Assembly (NCBI GenBank): GCA_964035545.1 | Contig: OZ037771.1 | Location: 2,057,628-2,121,627 of the forward strand | Length of the DNA: 64,000 nucleotides | Direction: 5' to 3' | Origin: Bugula neritina | Lineage: Eukaryota; Animalia; Bryozoa | Shown: positions 47,674 to 61,160 of the stretch, piece after piece | Layout of the letters: each line of letters starts with the position of its first letter | Position numbering within the stretch: the first letter of the stretch is position 1 | The notes under the pieces: model-generated | The model's database searches: none | What the model was told of the DNA's origin: nothing | Seen by the model: only the letters and a program-made list of their open reading frames with translations | Position numbers and translations under genes: made by a program

Positions 47674-49996
47674 CTAGCTTTGTGGTAAAAGAACTATCAG
47701 CATTTCCCAAAACTTATAAGAATTATCAATATTGTTTGTATCAAATTGTAATCAAAATATCCAATAAGAAAAGAGTTAACATGTCATACTTTTGATTAAT
47801 TTTAATTCGCTAATTTCTCATCTGAACACTTATTTCTACAGTAGGCGGCATAAATCCTTTCTACAATATGCACGCTCTAAGATTTTAACCAATCAAATTT
47901 TTTCCCCAACTTCATAGCTTAAATAAAATAAAGCAGAAAGTTTCGATTTGTCGTTATCAACTGGTATAATATTATGTGTTATCAAAATAGATATATTTAA
48001 GTTATGAAAAATGATGTATTAATGTGCATGTTTGCCTAGATAAGGAGAAAGTGCACCGTTCTTAAGATAATAATATAAATGTAGAGCTAGCAAGTCCTAT
48101 GTCATGACAGAGAGTAGCATACAGTACTATGGCTGAGTCATACCTCCATTTATTTTCTCTAACACTAAACTGGAGTAACTGGACTGGTTAATGAAGAGCT
48201 AATGGGAAATGGTGAGTATAGGAAATAATGTTTCATGTTGCAGGCTATACACCAGTGGTGCAGTCATCAGTGTTCTTCAAAGTTAAATAACAGAATGTGT
48301 TGAAAATAATGTCTATTGTCTAATGGTATTAACATAGCAGTACGAACCTGTCTCCTCATGGAATTTAAAAAAATATTAATTTATCTCATGTAATATTTCT
48401 TGATATGAAAAACGATGAACTCTTATTGAATTTTGTTGCTATGCATGGATTGAAACAGTAACACAATTTTTGATAACCACAGAGGCATATTGTAACATTT
48501 TAAATATTTTCTTATTTATCCCAAGGTAAAGTTCATAAGATGTTTTTATTAGTAAATTTTTGGATATAATATTTCACAGCTTTAATCCAAAATGCTAATT
48601 TAATATATATTCTCAATAAATTCAAAGGGTGATACTGATGTAGTTTTAGTGGAGACTTGATGGCGTTGTTGTTAATATAGTTACATGATTCAAGGGTTTA
48701 ACAAAATCTGCAGAAGTTGAAGTGTAATTCTTTCTAACCCGAGAGTTTGGGACCTGCATTTACCTGTTCAATATCAATGTCCTTCTTGTGATAAAGTTGG
48801 GTAATATAATCTTGTGTATGATTTGAAACTGTCTTTACAATTTACCAGCAAAAGCTGTTATATATTTAGCATTATTTAAGATCTTAAGATCATACTCCAC
48901 ACCACAGAAATTATGTTTTCATATGTATATACTTTCATATTTTGCAATATCATTTATATTCATTAATATCTTGCAATACAATTGCCAGCCATGATCCAAT
49001 TGCATTTCATTAGCAGAATAGCCATGTATTGTGTTTTAGCATTAATAATGTAATATAAAGTTTTGATTTATTATAATATTTATGACATGCAAGTGTGACA
49101 ATAGCAGATCAACTCCTTAACTTCCAACTTCAACTTTTGTTAATAAATAAGAATTTGATAAAATTGAGTTTGTTAGAAGAATTTGAATTATTAATAGCAA
49201 AAGGACTGTTACCAGCCTGATACTAACTCAACATATTACTTATTCTGCAGCTGAAAGTATATATAGTGCTAATATAAAGAGGTATACTGAAAAGTTTAAT
49301 TTCTTTGTTATATCATTATTTCAGTTTTTAAGACAAGTGATGTAACAAGTTATTTAAAAGATGAGAGCATTTCTGTGTAGTCAAGAAACAACTTTTTATT
49401 TCAGTTTAATACTCAATGCCTGGGTGTTTCCCCGTCAGCACTGCGTAGTCGGCAACAGCAGATAGATGTTGCATAACAGTTCTCTGTTTTTGGGCATGTG
49501 TTTTTAAAACATCATTTATTTTATATAAATAATGTTAAAACCTTTGTATATTTGTAAAGAAATGCTTTAATTCAATTTTCAATAAAGATGTTAAGTCTCA
49601 CTATATAATTGTGAACTTCAGTACTATTGCTGTTCATAAAAAAACAAATCTCAAAGCCCTATATCAACTTAGTTTACTTCTTTATATTATATGTTTCATA
49701 AGCAACCGATTCTAAAATATACTAGATTTTTTCAATAAAGCTATTTTGTTTTTCATTATCACAACTTATGAATTTGAAATTATGTAATTCACACAATCAG
49801 CAAGAAGTGTAAAGCTTAAAATGTTTAAACTGCATATTATTAAACTTGATCTTCCTTAAGCCAAAAATGATTTTCGTGGGATAGGCTACATGTTGTCTTG
49901 GTGTAATATATAATTTATAATATATATATATAATATAAATAATATATAATATAATACATATGATATATATTATATATTACATTATATATTATATTA

Positions 49997-50213
49997 GGAA
50001 GCAGCCGTGGTCTAGGGGTTAGAGCGTTTGCCTAGTAAACATGAGGTCATGAGTTTGAGCCCTGACAAAGGCCACTGGTGATGTTAGGAAGAGCATCCAG
50101 TCATAATTGCTCCTGTGCCTCATTTAAATAAGTCCTTAGCCCGCTTTAACAAAAATCCTTTCTATCAGGGGTTTCTCACAAGGATAGTGACTATAAAATT
50201 GCGTGAGTTTTTT
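49997..50213 (+). mobile_element. tRNA-derived SINE
   Basis: GCAGCCGTGGTCTAGGGGTTAGAGCG...GAGTTTGAGCCC..., colinear with the 42860 copy. Confidence 0.9.
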
Positions 50214-50597
50214 ATATAATATAATATGTATAATATATAATATAATACATCACTTATAATATATAATTTATAATATATAATATGATATATAATTTAATAT
50301 ATATGATATATAATTTGTAATATATAATACAATATATATAATATAATATATATAATATACAATATATGATTTATACTATATAATATAATATATATAATAT
50401 ATAATTTTATAATATAATATAATGTATATGATATATAATATATAAATATAATTTATACTATATAATATAATATATAAAATATATTATATTATATATTATA
50501 ATATATAATATAATATAATATATAATATAATATAATATATGGTTTGTAATATATTATATAATTTATAATATATAACATAATATAACATATGAATAAA

Positions 50598-50690
50598 TAT
50601 ACGAGAAGCATTGTTATTTTATTACTTTATTAAGCAAAGTAATTATACTTATATTTCGGGCACCACTGTGCCCATCTTCAGGGTAACAAT
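50598..50690 (-). mobile_element. Penelope-like pseudo-LTR fragment with minimal hammerhead ribozyme (core 50650-50681)
   Basis: Minus strand reads attgttacc-CTGAAGA-T-GGGCAC-agtg-GTGCCC-GAAA-TA-TA-agtataat; homologous to the 14925 palindrome arm. Confidence 0.72.
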
Positions 50691-53393
50691 ATAATATATA
50701 ATATATAATTTGCTAGTGCTGCTTCATAACCCAGCTATTTCAAATGTGCTTTAGTAATCTGCAGTTGTGTTAATTGTTGAACAACATTAGTGCTCACCAG
50801 TGTCTGTATTTTTAGTGACTTGGCTATCATTGTGATTGGGTCAATTCTACTTAATACTAGTGTAAAAAATTTAAAAAGTGATGGCAACCAATAAGTTTAA
50901 CATTTTTTATTAGATTGGCATCCGCACTAAATTAGTTTGGGGAAAGCTAAACCTATAGCTACCAATTTTTCTAAAATCTTTCTCAAAAGACTCATGTTTA
51001 GAATCCCAATAGCTGTGCCAATCTCTGATGGTAAAACATTTTAACTATTATAGACCACAACTGTTCCACAATTTTCAAAATGACTGCAAAGTTTAGTACC
51101 TGAAGCAATATTTTTTCACAAAACATAATATATAGTGCAACATATTTGCATTTCTTAGTTTTGCGCTTTAAATTGTTTCGTTTTTGACATTTTCTTTAAC
51201 TTCCAATTGGAAAAAAGGAGACCCAAGATTTGGATTATTGCTTCTAATTAACCAATAGGATAGCTTCCATATAGCCAACCAACTAATATTAAAGCCATCA
51301 ATTGACTAAATAACAATAGGAAAGCTGTGAAATAACTGATTAGCCAATAAGAGAGCTATTAGCATAGGAAGTGTGTTGTAGCAGCATCAGCAAAAAGCCA
51401 ACACATCTTTTCCTGCTATGTGTCATGATACCATTTATAATTTGCGGTTAGCTATACGTTGATACTTTCTTGTAGAATATAGCGTTGTTATACTCTTGCT
51501 TATTGGATGCTGTTTGTTATAATATTGGATAGTAGCTGATATAACACACATGATTACTAGTCAGTCTGTCAGTATATGTATTGAATTAGATAAAACCGGA
51601 TGCTTCAACATTAATGATGACTTATAATGAGATAAGAAATGATATCTTTAGACTAGATACATATAATATATTTGTGTTCACACGCTGCCAGTGAGCTGAC
51701 TTTACAGGTAGTGGAATCTAAGAACCAATCAGCACGGTCCTTTTAACTATAGAGTTTAAGATACTCATTTGAAAATAAAAGAGAATGACGAAATAAATAA
51801 TAACATAACATAAAAATGTTTAAATATAGGAAATAAATTAGAATAAAGAATGCCTACTCAAAGTGAAATAATTTTACAAAAGTTTTAGTGAGATAATTTC
51901 AGACTGTAAAGAATATGAAACTAGAATGGGTGTAATACTACTTTATTTGCAGTGGTATAGTAGAAGTGCATCTCTAGTAGATTTGTTAGCAAAGTATAAA
52001 AACAGTAAAACCAGATAGTAAAACACAGATTGAGAGAGTAAAAGAATTCTTTAAATTTGTTTGCTCAATTTTTGACTACTTCTTAGAAAGTGTTGGCCTT
52101 CCAAAAAAAGCATTTTATTTCATAAAGAGTAGGGCTTGGTCTCTGCATGTTTATGACTTCTAAGTAAAACTTATAATCCCTTTGTAAATAGCGCAGTTTT
52201 TAGTAAAATTGTTTAAACAAGAGTAGACACCTTTTAGCAAAAAATGTTCTTTTCTGCACTAAAAAAATCATTAATCATCCTTGACTCTTTAGAAAATAAA
52301 TTAGCTTCACAAAAGTTTACAGTTTTTATTTAAATAGTTAATTAGCACAATCATACAGGTTGCCGTGCAGCCATACAATTAACATGAAACACACTTTGTT
52401 CATCTTAGTGTTGATCATCTTATACTACCCAGACTTTGTAAACTAAAAGATTTCACTAGAAATTATTATAGCTTATAGTTTATATCTAGAAAGTGTCACT
52501 TTTCTTGAGCAAACAAATAAATGTGTATAAATGTTACAGTACGAACACACAAGACTCTAAATCATTTGCCAGGCATGCATTTAATGTATATTTATTCATA
52601 TCAACTCACGTTTGATTTCTATTTTTCATTCATTTTTTGTGTGAGATAATATATCAATTGTAACATTAAATAATAAGGTAGCTTTAAAAAGTCAAGAACT
52701 TTTTTGAAATTTTATTTTCAACTACAATTGGGTAATGAATGTACAGATTTTTGTATTTTGGCTGAATTTACAAGATGATGAAGATCGTCATTTCAAATTT
52801 TCTAGCATTGTCTGTGCTTTTACCATAAAAAGCAAATAAAATAGCAAACAGGTTTGTTTCAATTGGCTGTCTACAGTAGGTAATTAGCTGCCAGGTTTAG
52901 GCAGTTGCTATTAGCACAATCTTTTGCCTGTTTCTGCCATTAATTTCATCAAGCTGCTATAATTATTAACTGTTTCATCATTGGACGTCACTTTTCCTTT
53001 ATCTTCTGCTATTAATTCTACAAAAAGTATAATTAAATGAATATAATAAAACAAAATGTGAAGTAGAAAATGCAGATCCAGTAATTTTGAACAATTCCAC
53101 AACTATTGTGATCTATACTACAAGCTGCTGCAACTTTGTCGAAGGACTTGTAAAATAATTTTCCGGAGGTGTACACTTGGGTCTAAGTTATTGTAAAAGA
53201 TTATTAGCCTACTGAATAAAAATGAAAGGTTTCCTTTCTACTAGCCTGATAGTTGGACAGTAAATATACTAAAGATTTAATTACAGTTAAATTTGAAAAT
53301 TATCCAACAAAATACTTAGTGCTGCCCTCCTTATTGTTTATTTGTTTAGACAGGTTAACAATCTTAAGTAAATATTTTGTTGCATACAAATGG

Positions 53394-56300
53394 TTATTTC
53401 ATCAGTTTAATAAACTCATTCAAACATGCCAACTTACGTTTGGTTGTGTATACTTTAGGTTGGCCATTAGTAATAGTGACAGTGAGTGATCCACCATGTG
53501 CAGTTACCTTATCAGATGTGTCCAGGACATTTGTCAACTCTGCAAGAGTAAGCTTTATATTATTTAATCATATCATATCTATACCAATATTTTATAGTAA
53601 TATAAATGTTTTAATCTTTGTATAACCTATAGAAAAAGAATAAGGTTGCAAAGTACAAATTGTGAACAAAAGGAATACAAGAACCCTAGTTTGGTATTTT
53701 TAGCATACCTACTAGTAAATTATTTCATTTGAAGATTTATGCTCTAACCTTGTCCATCTGAGTACGGCAAGTTAGGTATAGTTCTCTGCTGAGTAGACCC
53801 AGAGCCCTGATTCGTTGTTGCCACCAGTACTTCTTGATTGGTCCCTCTAGTGAAAGCATAGAAGGAATCGTCTGCCCATTTCTCATTTTGCTGTGATTCA
53901 TAAAACTCAGAGCCGAGTGCATTTCTAAACTTTGCAACTGATGAGATGAACTAAAACAAAAAACATTGCACTTTTTCAAACAATAATATTAAGTTTTAAA
54001 AATAATATAACTTTAAATTTATTTATTTTCAGCTATATATTTTCTAGAATATGTTTTGTTACTAAACTATTTGATTTTGGTCATTCAGTACTCTTTATTA
54101 TTCATTTTTATCAAAAATGCTGGAAATTTTGAATTTTTCAGAGTAAATAAATAATATTGTATTAAAACGAAATTACTTTGATTTAGAAAAAATGGTTATT
54201 GGGTTTTCTTGTATACCAACACAATACAATATAGTGCAGCCACTCTCAGTGTAATGTGTACCTTGAACATGTCATGTCCTGTATTGAAGTTGGGCCAGAG
54301 AGAGTTTCTGTTGTCTGGATCATTTCCTCCGTTATAAGCTTGCTCTGTACCATAATAGACAATTGGCACCCACTGTAATGAAAAGAATAAAAACTGCATA
54401 ACCATTAGTATTACTTTATATAGACACACACCACACACAAGCACACACAAGCACGCACACACCACACACACGCACACACACACCACACACACACACACAC
54501 GCACATATACACACACGCACACACGCACACACACACACAAGCACGCACGCATACACACGCACACACACACACTACACACACACACACACAGACACACACA
54601 CATATACACACACGCACACACAGACACACACACAGATACACACACAGGCACACACGCACACACACACCAAACACACACACACGCACACACACACGCACAC
54701 GCGCATTACCTGGGCCATCAGACTGTAGGCCAAAGCATTCTTCAGTGCTGTCCAGTCGCTGTTTCCATTTAGAAATCTTGCATTGTCATGGTTATCTACA
54801 AACCCTCCCAGCACCGACAGATCTTTAAAATGTTGTTTCTAGAAACATGATGAGTGTTCACGACATTGTAAGCGTAACAGTTCAACATTTTTAGACCCAC
54901 TTAAATAAAATTACAAGCAAAAGAGTGATTTCTCGAAACTAAAAGGTTTTATAGACACATGCACTTGCTACACAATACAATTCTTTAATTCAAAATGCAG
55001 TCTTAATTCAAAAGTAGCAGTTTTTTACCTCCTGAGACAAGCGACCTGTAATTTCTTTCATTGACTTCTTGTCTCCAAATACATCTTTGAAGGTCCAGAA
55101 GAATGGATAGTTGAGTGTAGCTGTAAGGTAGTTCTGATAAGGTCCAACATAGGCGGGGTCGCCGTTGTCTACCTCCCCTATTTGAAACACGCCTGCGGCA
55201 TCTCCAAACTCCTTCCAGAAATCTCCCTTCACCTGCCAACGGTTGTAAAGAAATGCTATGCGTTGACATCAGATAGAAAAGCCTGCATGGTGAGTGATAA
55301 ATCTAAACCACATGGTAACAGGAAAGCCTAAACCTAATTTTACACTTTAATTGCATCAATAAAAAATCTGCACTATACATATAAGCACTTGGTTGCTATG
55401 TGGTATTTATAAGGAATTAATTATATTAAATAGAAATGAATTTACAACAATTTTTCCTGTTTTACTATATGATGCACAATCAAAGAAGCAAAATAAACAA
55501 TATTTTTTTAACTCAAGTGTAAGTACATAAAATAATTAATATATTTAATTGATTTATACCTATAACGGTGCTGTACTACAAAATTTATTATAGATGTAAA
55601 ATATTTTTTAGAACATTTTATAAAACATTCAAATTGAAAAATGCTGAATTTAAAACATTTTTAATTTAGCTACAAGTGCAACTGGAAATTTTGATGCCCA
55701 TTATTTTTCTATTTATTTGTAACCTTAACTTCATTATTACTAACTTTTATATAAACCTACATAAACGCTCTTTAATTTAATATATGATAACGTAGAATTA
55801 ATTTCATGACTTTTTTAAACTGGATAAAAGATGCATGTCACCTCTGGAATAGTGTCTATTCTAATTCCATCAAACCCATAAGTCTGTACTAAATTCCGTA
55901 TCCATGTTTTCAGCTGGTCTCTCACCCACTGGTTATCTTGGTTCAAGTCAGGTAAATCAGCCAGTCTGCAATACTCCACCTGCAGTATAACGTTCTTAAT
56001 ACTGAGCACATAGAACATGCCAATCATGATGAGCAGTGCATGTGCTAATGCCCAGTGTAAATTTAGTCTGCTAACAAACATCAAGGCTAAGCACTAATCT
56101 ATATTTTTGACAAAGTATAGAGGAGAACTTAAAAGGAAGAGCCATGGTTTAGGTGCTAGGGGTTAGAGTGCTGGCCGGAGTCATGGTTTCTATCCCCAGT
56201 AAAGATCATTGGTGATATTAGAGTCATGATTGCTCACAGGGATGGTGACTATAAACTTTCAAGACTTTGAGTTAGTAAAAAAAACTTAGCTGACCTTGTT

Positions 56301-58728
56301 CTTTTGCAAAGAGAACTTTTAACTATTCATGTCAAGAAATACTTGCACTTGGGTACAGAACTTGGTATGAAGTATGAAATTCACAGTCAATACTATGCAG
56401 TGATACTCCACTGCAATATATTATGATATACTTGCAATTGCATTATATGCATCCACTGTTTCTATATACCAACCCACCTGGCCTTGATCTCCCCAGTTTG
56501 TTATCTGGCAGTAGCTATGGTAATGGGCGGCGTCATTGAAAGGGGAGAATGAGCTGAAGTCGGTAGCTTGACCAACTGAACAACCAGGACATCCTGGTGG
56601 GTAGCCCATGTGATTAGCTACTCTATACGAGTAAACATATACAAATCTTAGCAGCACAGTAAACAGAAACTAAAGCTTACATAATATAATATAATATTTA
56701 ATATATAAACATAATCATAAAGCTTTTCCAGATATTGAGATAGAGTGCTGTGTTTGACCTCTGAACTTTCAGTTCGCTATATTACAGCTAATAATTATTT
56801 CAGCAACAATTTTTACAGTTTGACGTTAAAATCAATTTGACTTAAAACTCTTTACTAAACTAAAATAACTTCGAAACAATTTGATCTTTAGGTAATTTAC
56901 TGGTCGGTTACTTACACATGTTACGTACACACCTAAACAAATTTAGCTGTTAATTGAGCACTAGATTTACTTACAAATGTTACTTACATTACACATCTGT
57001 ACAAACATAGCTGCTATATATTTACTTACACATCTACCATGACCCAGATATCTCTCTCATGACATTTCTCTACCAGCTGTTTGAGATCATCTTCTGTGCC
57101 AAAGTGGCTGTTTATTGCATTTATATTCTTAGCCCAATACCCGTGATACCCTCCATCCGTCTGCTCAATCACTGGAGAGATCCAAATGGCATTGATTCCT
57201 GGGAGAAAAAAAAATTTAAAATAACAAAATTTGCAGCAGAAAAAAATTGAAAACAAAATTAATTTTTTAATGGCATGTAAACGGCAGAGAACAAATATAT
57301 TTGATTGACAATGTTGAGTTCATTTATTTTTAATAATTTTATTTGCCAAATAAATCTATGAAATTAAGATTGTTTCTCAAAGTTATAAATTATTTTGATA
57401 AAGAATAAATTATTTAATATAAAATATTTTGGTAACTGTAGCCATAAACCTATAAGTATTCAATAATAAAGCAGACATTAACACTGCTTCAGATAAATTG
57501 TGAGTAATCATTGAAACTGGAAGTTGTCTGCCCACTAATTACACTAACTGCACTTTGGACTGAAAACATAGCCCATTTGTTGCAAATCTAAAATGGAAAA
57601 AAGATAGCATATTGCTACTTACCTAGTTCTTGCAAATAATCGAGTTTTGATACGATACCCTGGAAGGTGCCCCCACAATATCCATGGCCAGTACAGTAGT
57701 TACTAGATCCTGGGTTATAGAATCGGTCAGTCAGCAACTAAATGTATAACATTGTGCTTGTTAGCATAATATATCTAAATGTTCAACATGTCTACAGTGT
57801 AGCATAGCTGCTTATATTACTAAATTACTGGTTAGATATTTCCTGATAAAAACTATAAGGCTAAGTTTATTAAAGTAATATTGGTAGGCATATCTATAAG
57901 ATCAAGGTTACTAGTATTATAGTCAGTAACATTGCTACATGGACTAAACATGGAAGTAGGTGCAGTAATGGGAGAAATTGAAAAACGCTTGTGTTCTAGA
58001 TTAGAAATGTAGCAAAAGAAGTTATTTTTTGAGAGAATGTTACTGAGCCCCAAACTAAAATCTATTTAAAAAGCTAAGAACTTAGACTACTAAAATTTCT
58101 CCACTACTACCCTTAGAGGTAAATATATAGCAGAATATGTCATAGCTAAAGCTTTTTCAACCAACTGTAATTGCACTGTGCAGAGTTATTGGTGTGATTT
58201 CATAGTATGTACCGCAAGTCTAAAGCCACTAGCATCACTCATTAACCAGTTTCATTAAACCATCTTACAGCAAGGAGGAGGTCTTTATAGAAGCCACTAA
58301 CACAGAAGAGTTTCACGATGGCGTCACAGGCAATTAGCTCAAAACTAGTACTGCAACCATGCAGAAGTTTATACTACCACATAGCAATACATAGTACATA
58401 GAGTCTTTACCAAGACTAACACCTCTAGAGTCTGGCAGGTAACTTGGACTGCAATACTGAATGTTGTTGGCTAGTGTTGCATATAGATTCACAACGAAAT
58501 CACTAGAAGCAGCTCCAAGTCAAGGTTGACTGAGTGCATTATTCGCATACACATCATTGTTCTAACTTTAAACTCTGAACTCAGTGCTGCTTCAAGCGAT
58601 TTCCACTCACCATAGTTAAACTTTACCTGATATATAACTCTGGACTTCCATTCTTGAGCATTCTTTGCCAATGCTAGCTCAGCGATTCCAATCAAAGCTA
58701 CAATTGAAAATAAAAATTTCAAATTCAT
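53394..58728 (-). CDS. Secreted alpha-amylase, GH13, fungal/Dictyostelium-type (GH13_1-like)
   Basis: Exons 58627-58728, 57623-57737, 57030-57198, 56478-56622, 55842-55979, 55029-55232, 54710-54838, 54262-54372, 53749-53950, 53394-53539. Signal peptide, WKSRVIYQLLTDRF, YCGGTFQGI, GYHGYW, MVDVVANHMG, DGIRIDT, GEV and FVDNHD are all intact. The extreme C-terminus is uncertain because of a possible donor at 53437. Confidence 0.93.
54424..54704. repeat. (CA)n/(CG) imperfect microsatellite in amylase intron
   Basis: Long CA-rich run; source of the VCVC ORFs. Confidence 0.95.
56135..56260 (+). mobile_element. Internally deleted SINE copy
   Basis: CTAGGGGTTAGAGTG...CATTGGTGAT...CTCACAGGGATGGTGACTATAAACTT matches the SINE family. 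Confidence 0.7.
57957..58114. mobile_element. MITE copy (same family as 40328)
   Basis: TAGGTGCAGTAATGGGAGAAATTG ... AAATTTCTCCACTACTAC. Confidence 0.7.
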
Positions 58729-58773
58729 TTTGCAAATCACTGAAGCACATCTATTTATGCAGAGCAAAAGTAA

Positions 58774-58780
58774 TTATATA
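58774..58780 (-). promoter_or_regulatory. TATA box of the amylase gene
   Basis: TATATAA about 45 nt upstream of the ATG. Confidence 0.5.
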
Positions 58781-59549
58781 ACCAGTTTAATCTCAAAGAT
58801 AAACTGGTTTCAGTTACATCACATGATTTTTTTATCAGTGATAGTTAGCAAACATTTTACTTACTTTACTGATAGTATACATAGCTTTAGCACTTTTTGC
58901 CTTTATGTTATACTGCATACATTTGCGAGTTTTTATCAGTTTGATGCGCACATAGTCCAATTTCACAAATAATTTATCAAATTCTAAGCTAGATTTTCCA
59001 TTAGAAAGCACATAACTCCAAATTACAAAGGTAATTTCATAAATTTAAAGCAGTGATAAAAATATTTTGGTCTAATAATATTCAATAGCAAGTGATTTTA
59101 TTGGTAGACTAGTACATTATAGCACAGAATGTTTAAACTAAGCAAAATATTGTAATTATGGTTGAAAACTAAAATGTATCAACCAATGATATTTTAAATA
59201 CCCAACATAGCTACATTCAGAGATGTATAAAGCTGTGATATAACTAGATTCATTCCCTTTTAACAAATCAAAAATTCCAGAAAGTAAAGTTATAGTTTAT
59301 TAATTGTTTTGTTTGTCGAAAGAAAATCTCTTTACTGACAAGACTAAAAATATCTTTGTGTATTGAAGTTAAGAGATTATTGTAAAATTTTCATAGACCT
59401 CTATGTCATTTTGTTAACTCAAGAGCTTTTTAATCACTAATTAAATACTGAGCAAAATTCTACACTAGCAAAGACAGACAACTTACAGCCTCAGTCCCAT
59501 GTTACATAATACATGACCAAAATCGCAATCACATATATAACTTCTGTAG

Positions 59550-59715
59550 TAGCTGTGGTCTAACAGTTGGCGAACTATAAGTAAACACAGTGCCAGTGGA
59601 AAAGGCAATGTTAGGAAGAGCATTTGGTCATAATTGCTTCTTTGTCATAATAGAAACAAATCCTTATAGCCCATTTCAAAATGACTTTTTCACCAGAGAT
59701 GGAGAGTTTAAAAAC
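59550..59715 (+). mobile_element. Highly decayed SINE copy
   Basis: AGCTGTGGTCTA...ATGTTAGGAAGAGCAT..GTCATAATTGCT matches the SINE body. Confidence 0.55.
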
Positions 59716-60762
59716 ATACTGAGATATTAATTTTGTAAAGATTTATTTTATAATAAATATAATATAAATATATATAAATAAACAGCCGTTTTTGAAAATA
59801 CAGGCACCAGCTTCAAAATAAGCCAGTATTTAAAAAACATACTTTGTCAAAACATTGGTGATTATTAGCAAACAAGCTTTAAGCATAACATCATTATCAA
59901 ACTACCTGTAAAGAATACAATTTTCTTGTTATCAGTTCAAAAAAATCAGTAATATTTGAGCAAAACGATACAAATGTAACAAAATACAATTATAAATAAA
60001 AGCATTCCTGGTCATAAATAAGAACATTATGTGTCATAAACAAGGACATTATGGGTCATAAGTAAAAATACTATTTATTCTGCCCTTATGAATGAAAGGC
60101 AACTGTCCAAGTGATATTTATTTAATCACTAAACGGAATTTAAAGCAAACTTTTTGATCAGCAAGAAAAGTCATTGTAAAATAGATTATAGCTGACTATA
60201 ATAAACTCAGAACCTATAGAATGAACCCAATTAGCACCTTATTTTTTGTCTTGGAAAGTAAACAACAAGAAAGCCTGGTAATTATAACTTTTCAATAAAT
60301 CTTGACTGAGTGCATACCAATGCTAATCACTACAAATATTTAAAAACAATAGCCTTAGAAACAATAGCCTTAATAATACTTGTAGCCAAGGCGAGGTCAC
60401 GATCAATAAACGGGGATGAGTGTTAGTAAACACAAAAATATCTATTATAGACAGCAATGATCAATACTGTAATTAATATTACAACAAACTTGAGTGTTTA
60501 TTGTTTTGTCTACGTACATGAATTCACAATGCAAATCTATTTACTAATTTATACTATTCCATTTCCGTGCTATTATTCTTCATATGCATAGTATGCATTT
60601 TATGGGAGCTTGATAAACTTACAAAATTTCATCAAACTGTCAACCATATAATACTTTTGACTATAAAAACTGCACAGAGTGCGCAATCAAAACTTCAACC
60701 TTTGTACAAAACACTTACAACTTTATATAGACAACCAAAGATGAAGTAGAAAAAAGAGCGTG

Positions 60763-61081
60763 CTATCTGAGAAGTGTGTTGATATTCCAGTCTTTGTAAA
60801 AATTTTGCATGATATCCCAGGATTCCATGTAGCCAGCAAGGTTATCTGTATGCACAAAAGCAACAGTTGTGTGCTCTTTGACATACTCTACTATTTCCAT
60901 CCCAATACCGTAGACATTGGCATATTCCGACTAAAACGCAGACGGTAAAAATTTACTTGTCAAATTGGAGAAGATATTAAAAAAGAATCATATTGAAAAG
61001 GTAGCAAGCAAGGTAATTAAAAGGTTAACGTTGTAGTAGCCAGTTAAATGCAGGCAAATACTCTAAACAAAAGGAAGAAAA

Positions 61082-61160
<79 letters not shown>

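Larger units (their letters stand above)
49905..50712. repeat. TA-rich low-complexity tract hosting a SINE and a Penelope-like fragment
   Basis: Long (TATAA/TA)n-like runs. Confidence 0.85.

Noticed and set aside
49425-49490. Possible Helitron-like 5' end
   Set aside because: Only vague resemblance; no 3' hairpin/CTAG or second copy found.
54196-54814. Cys/Val-rich ORFs (VCVCVC)
   Set aside because: Translation of an intronic (CA)n microsatellite; only the embedded amylase exons are real.
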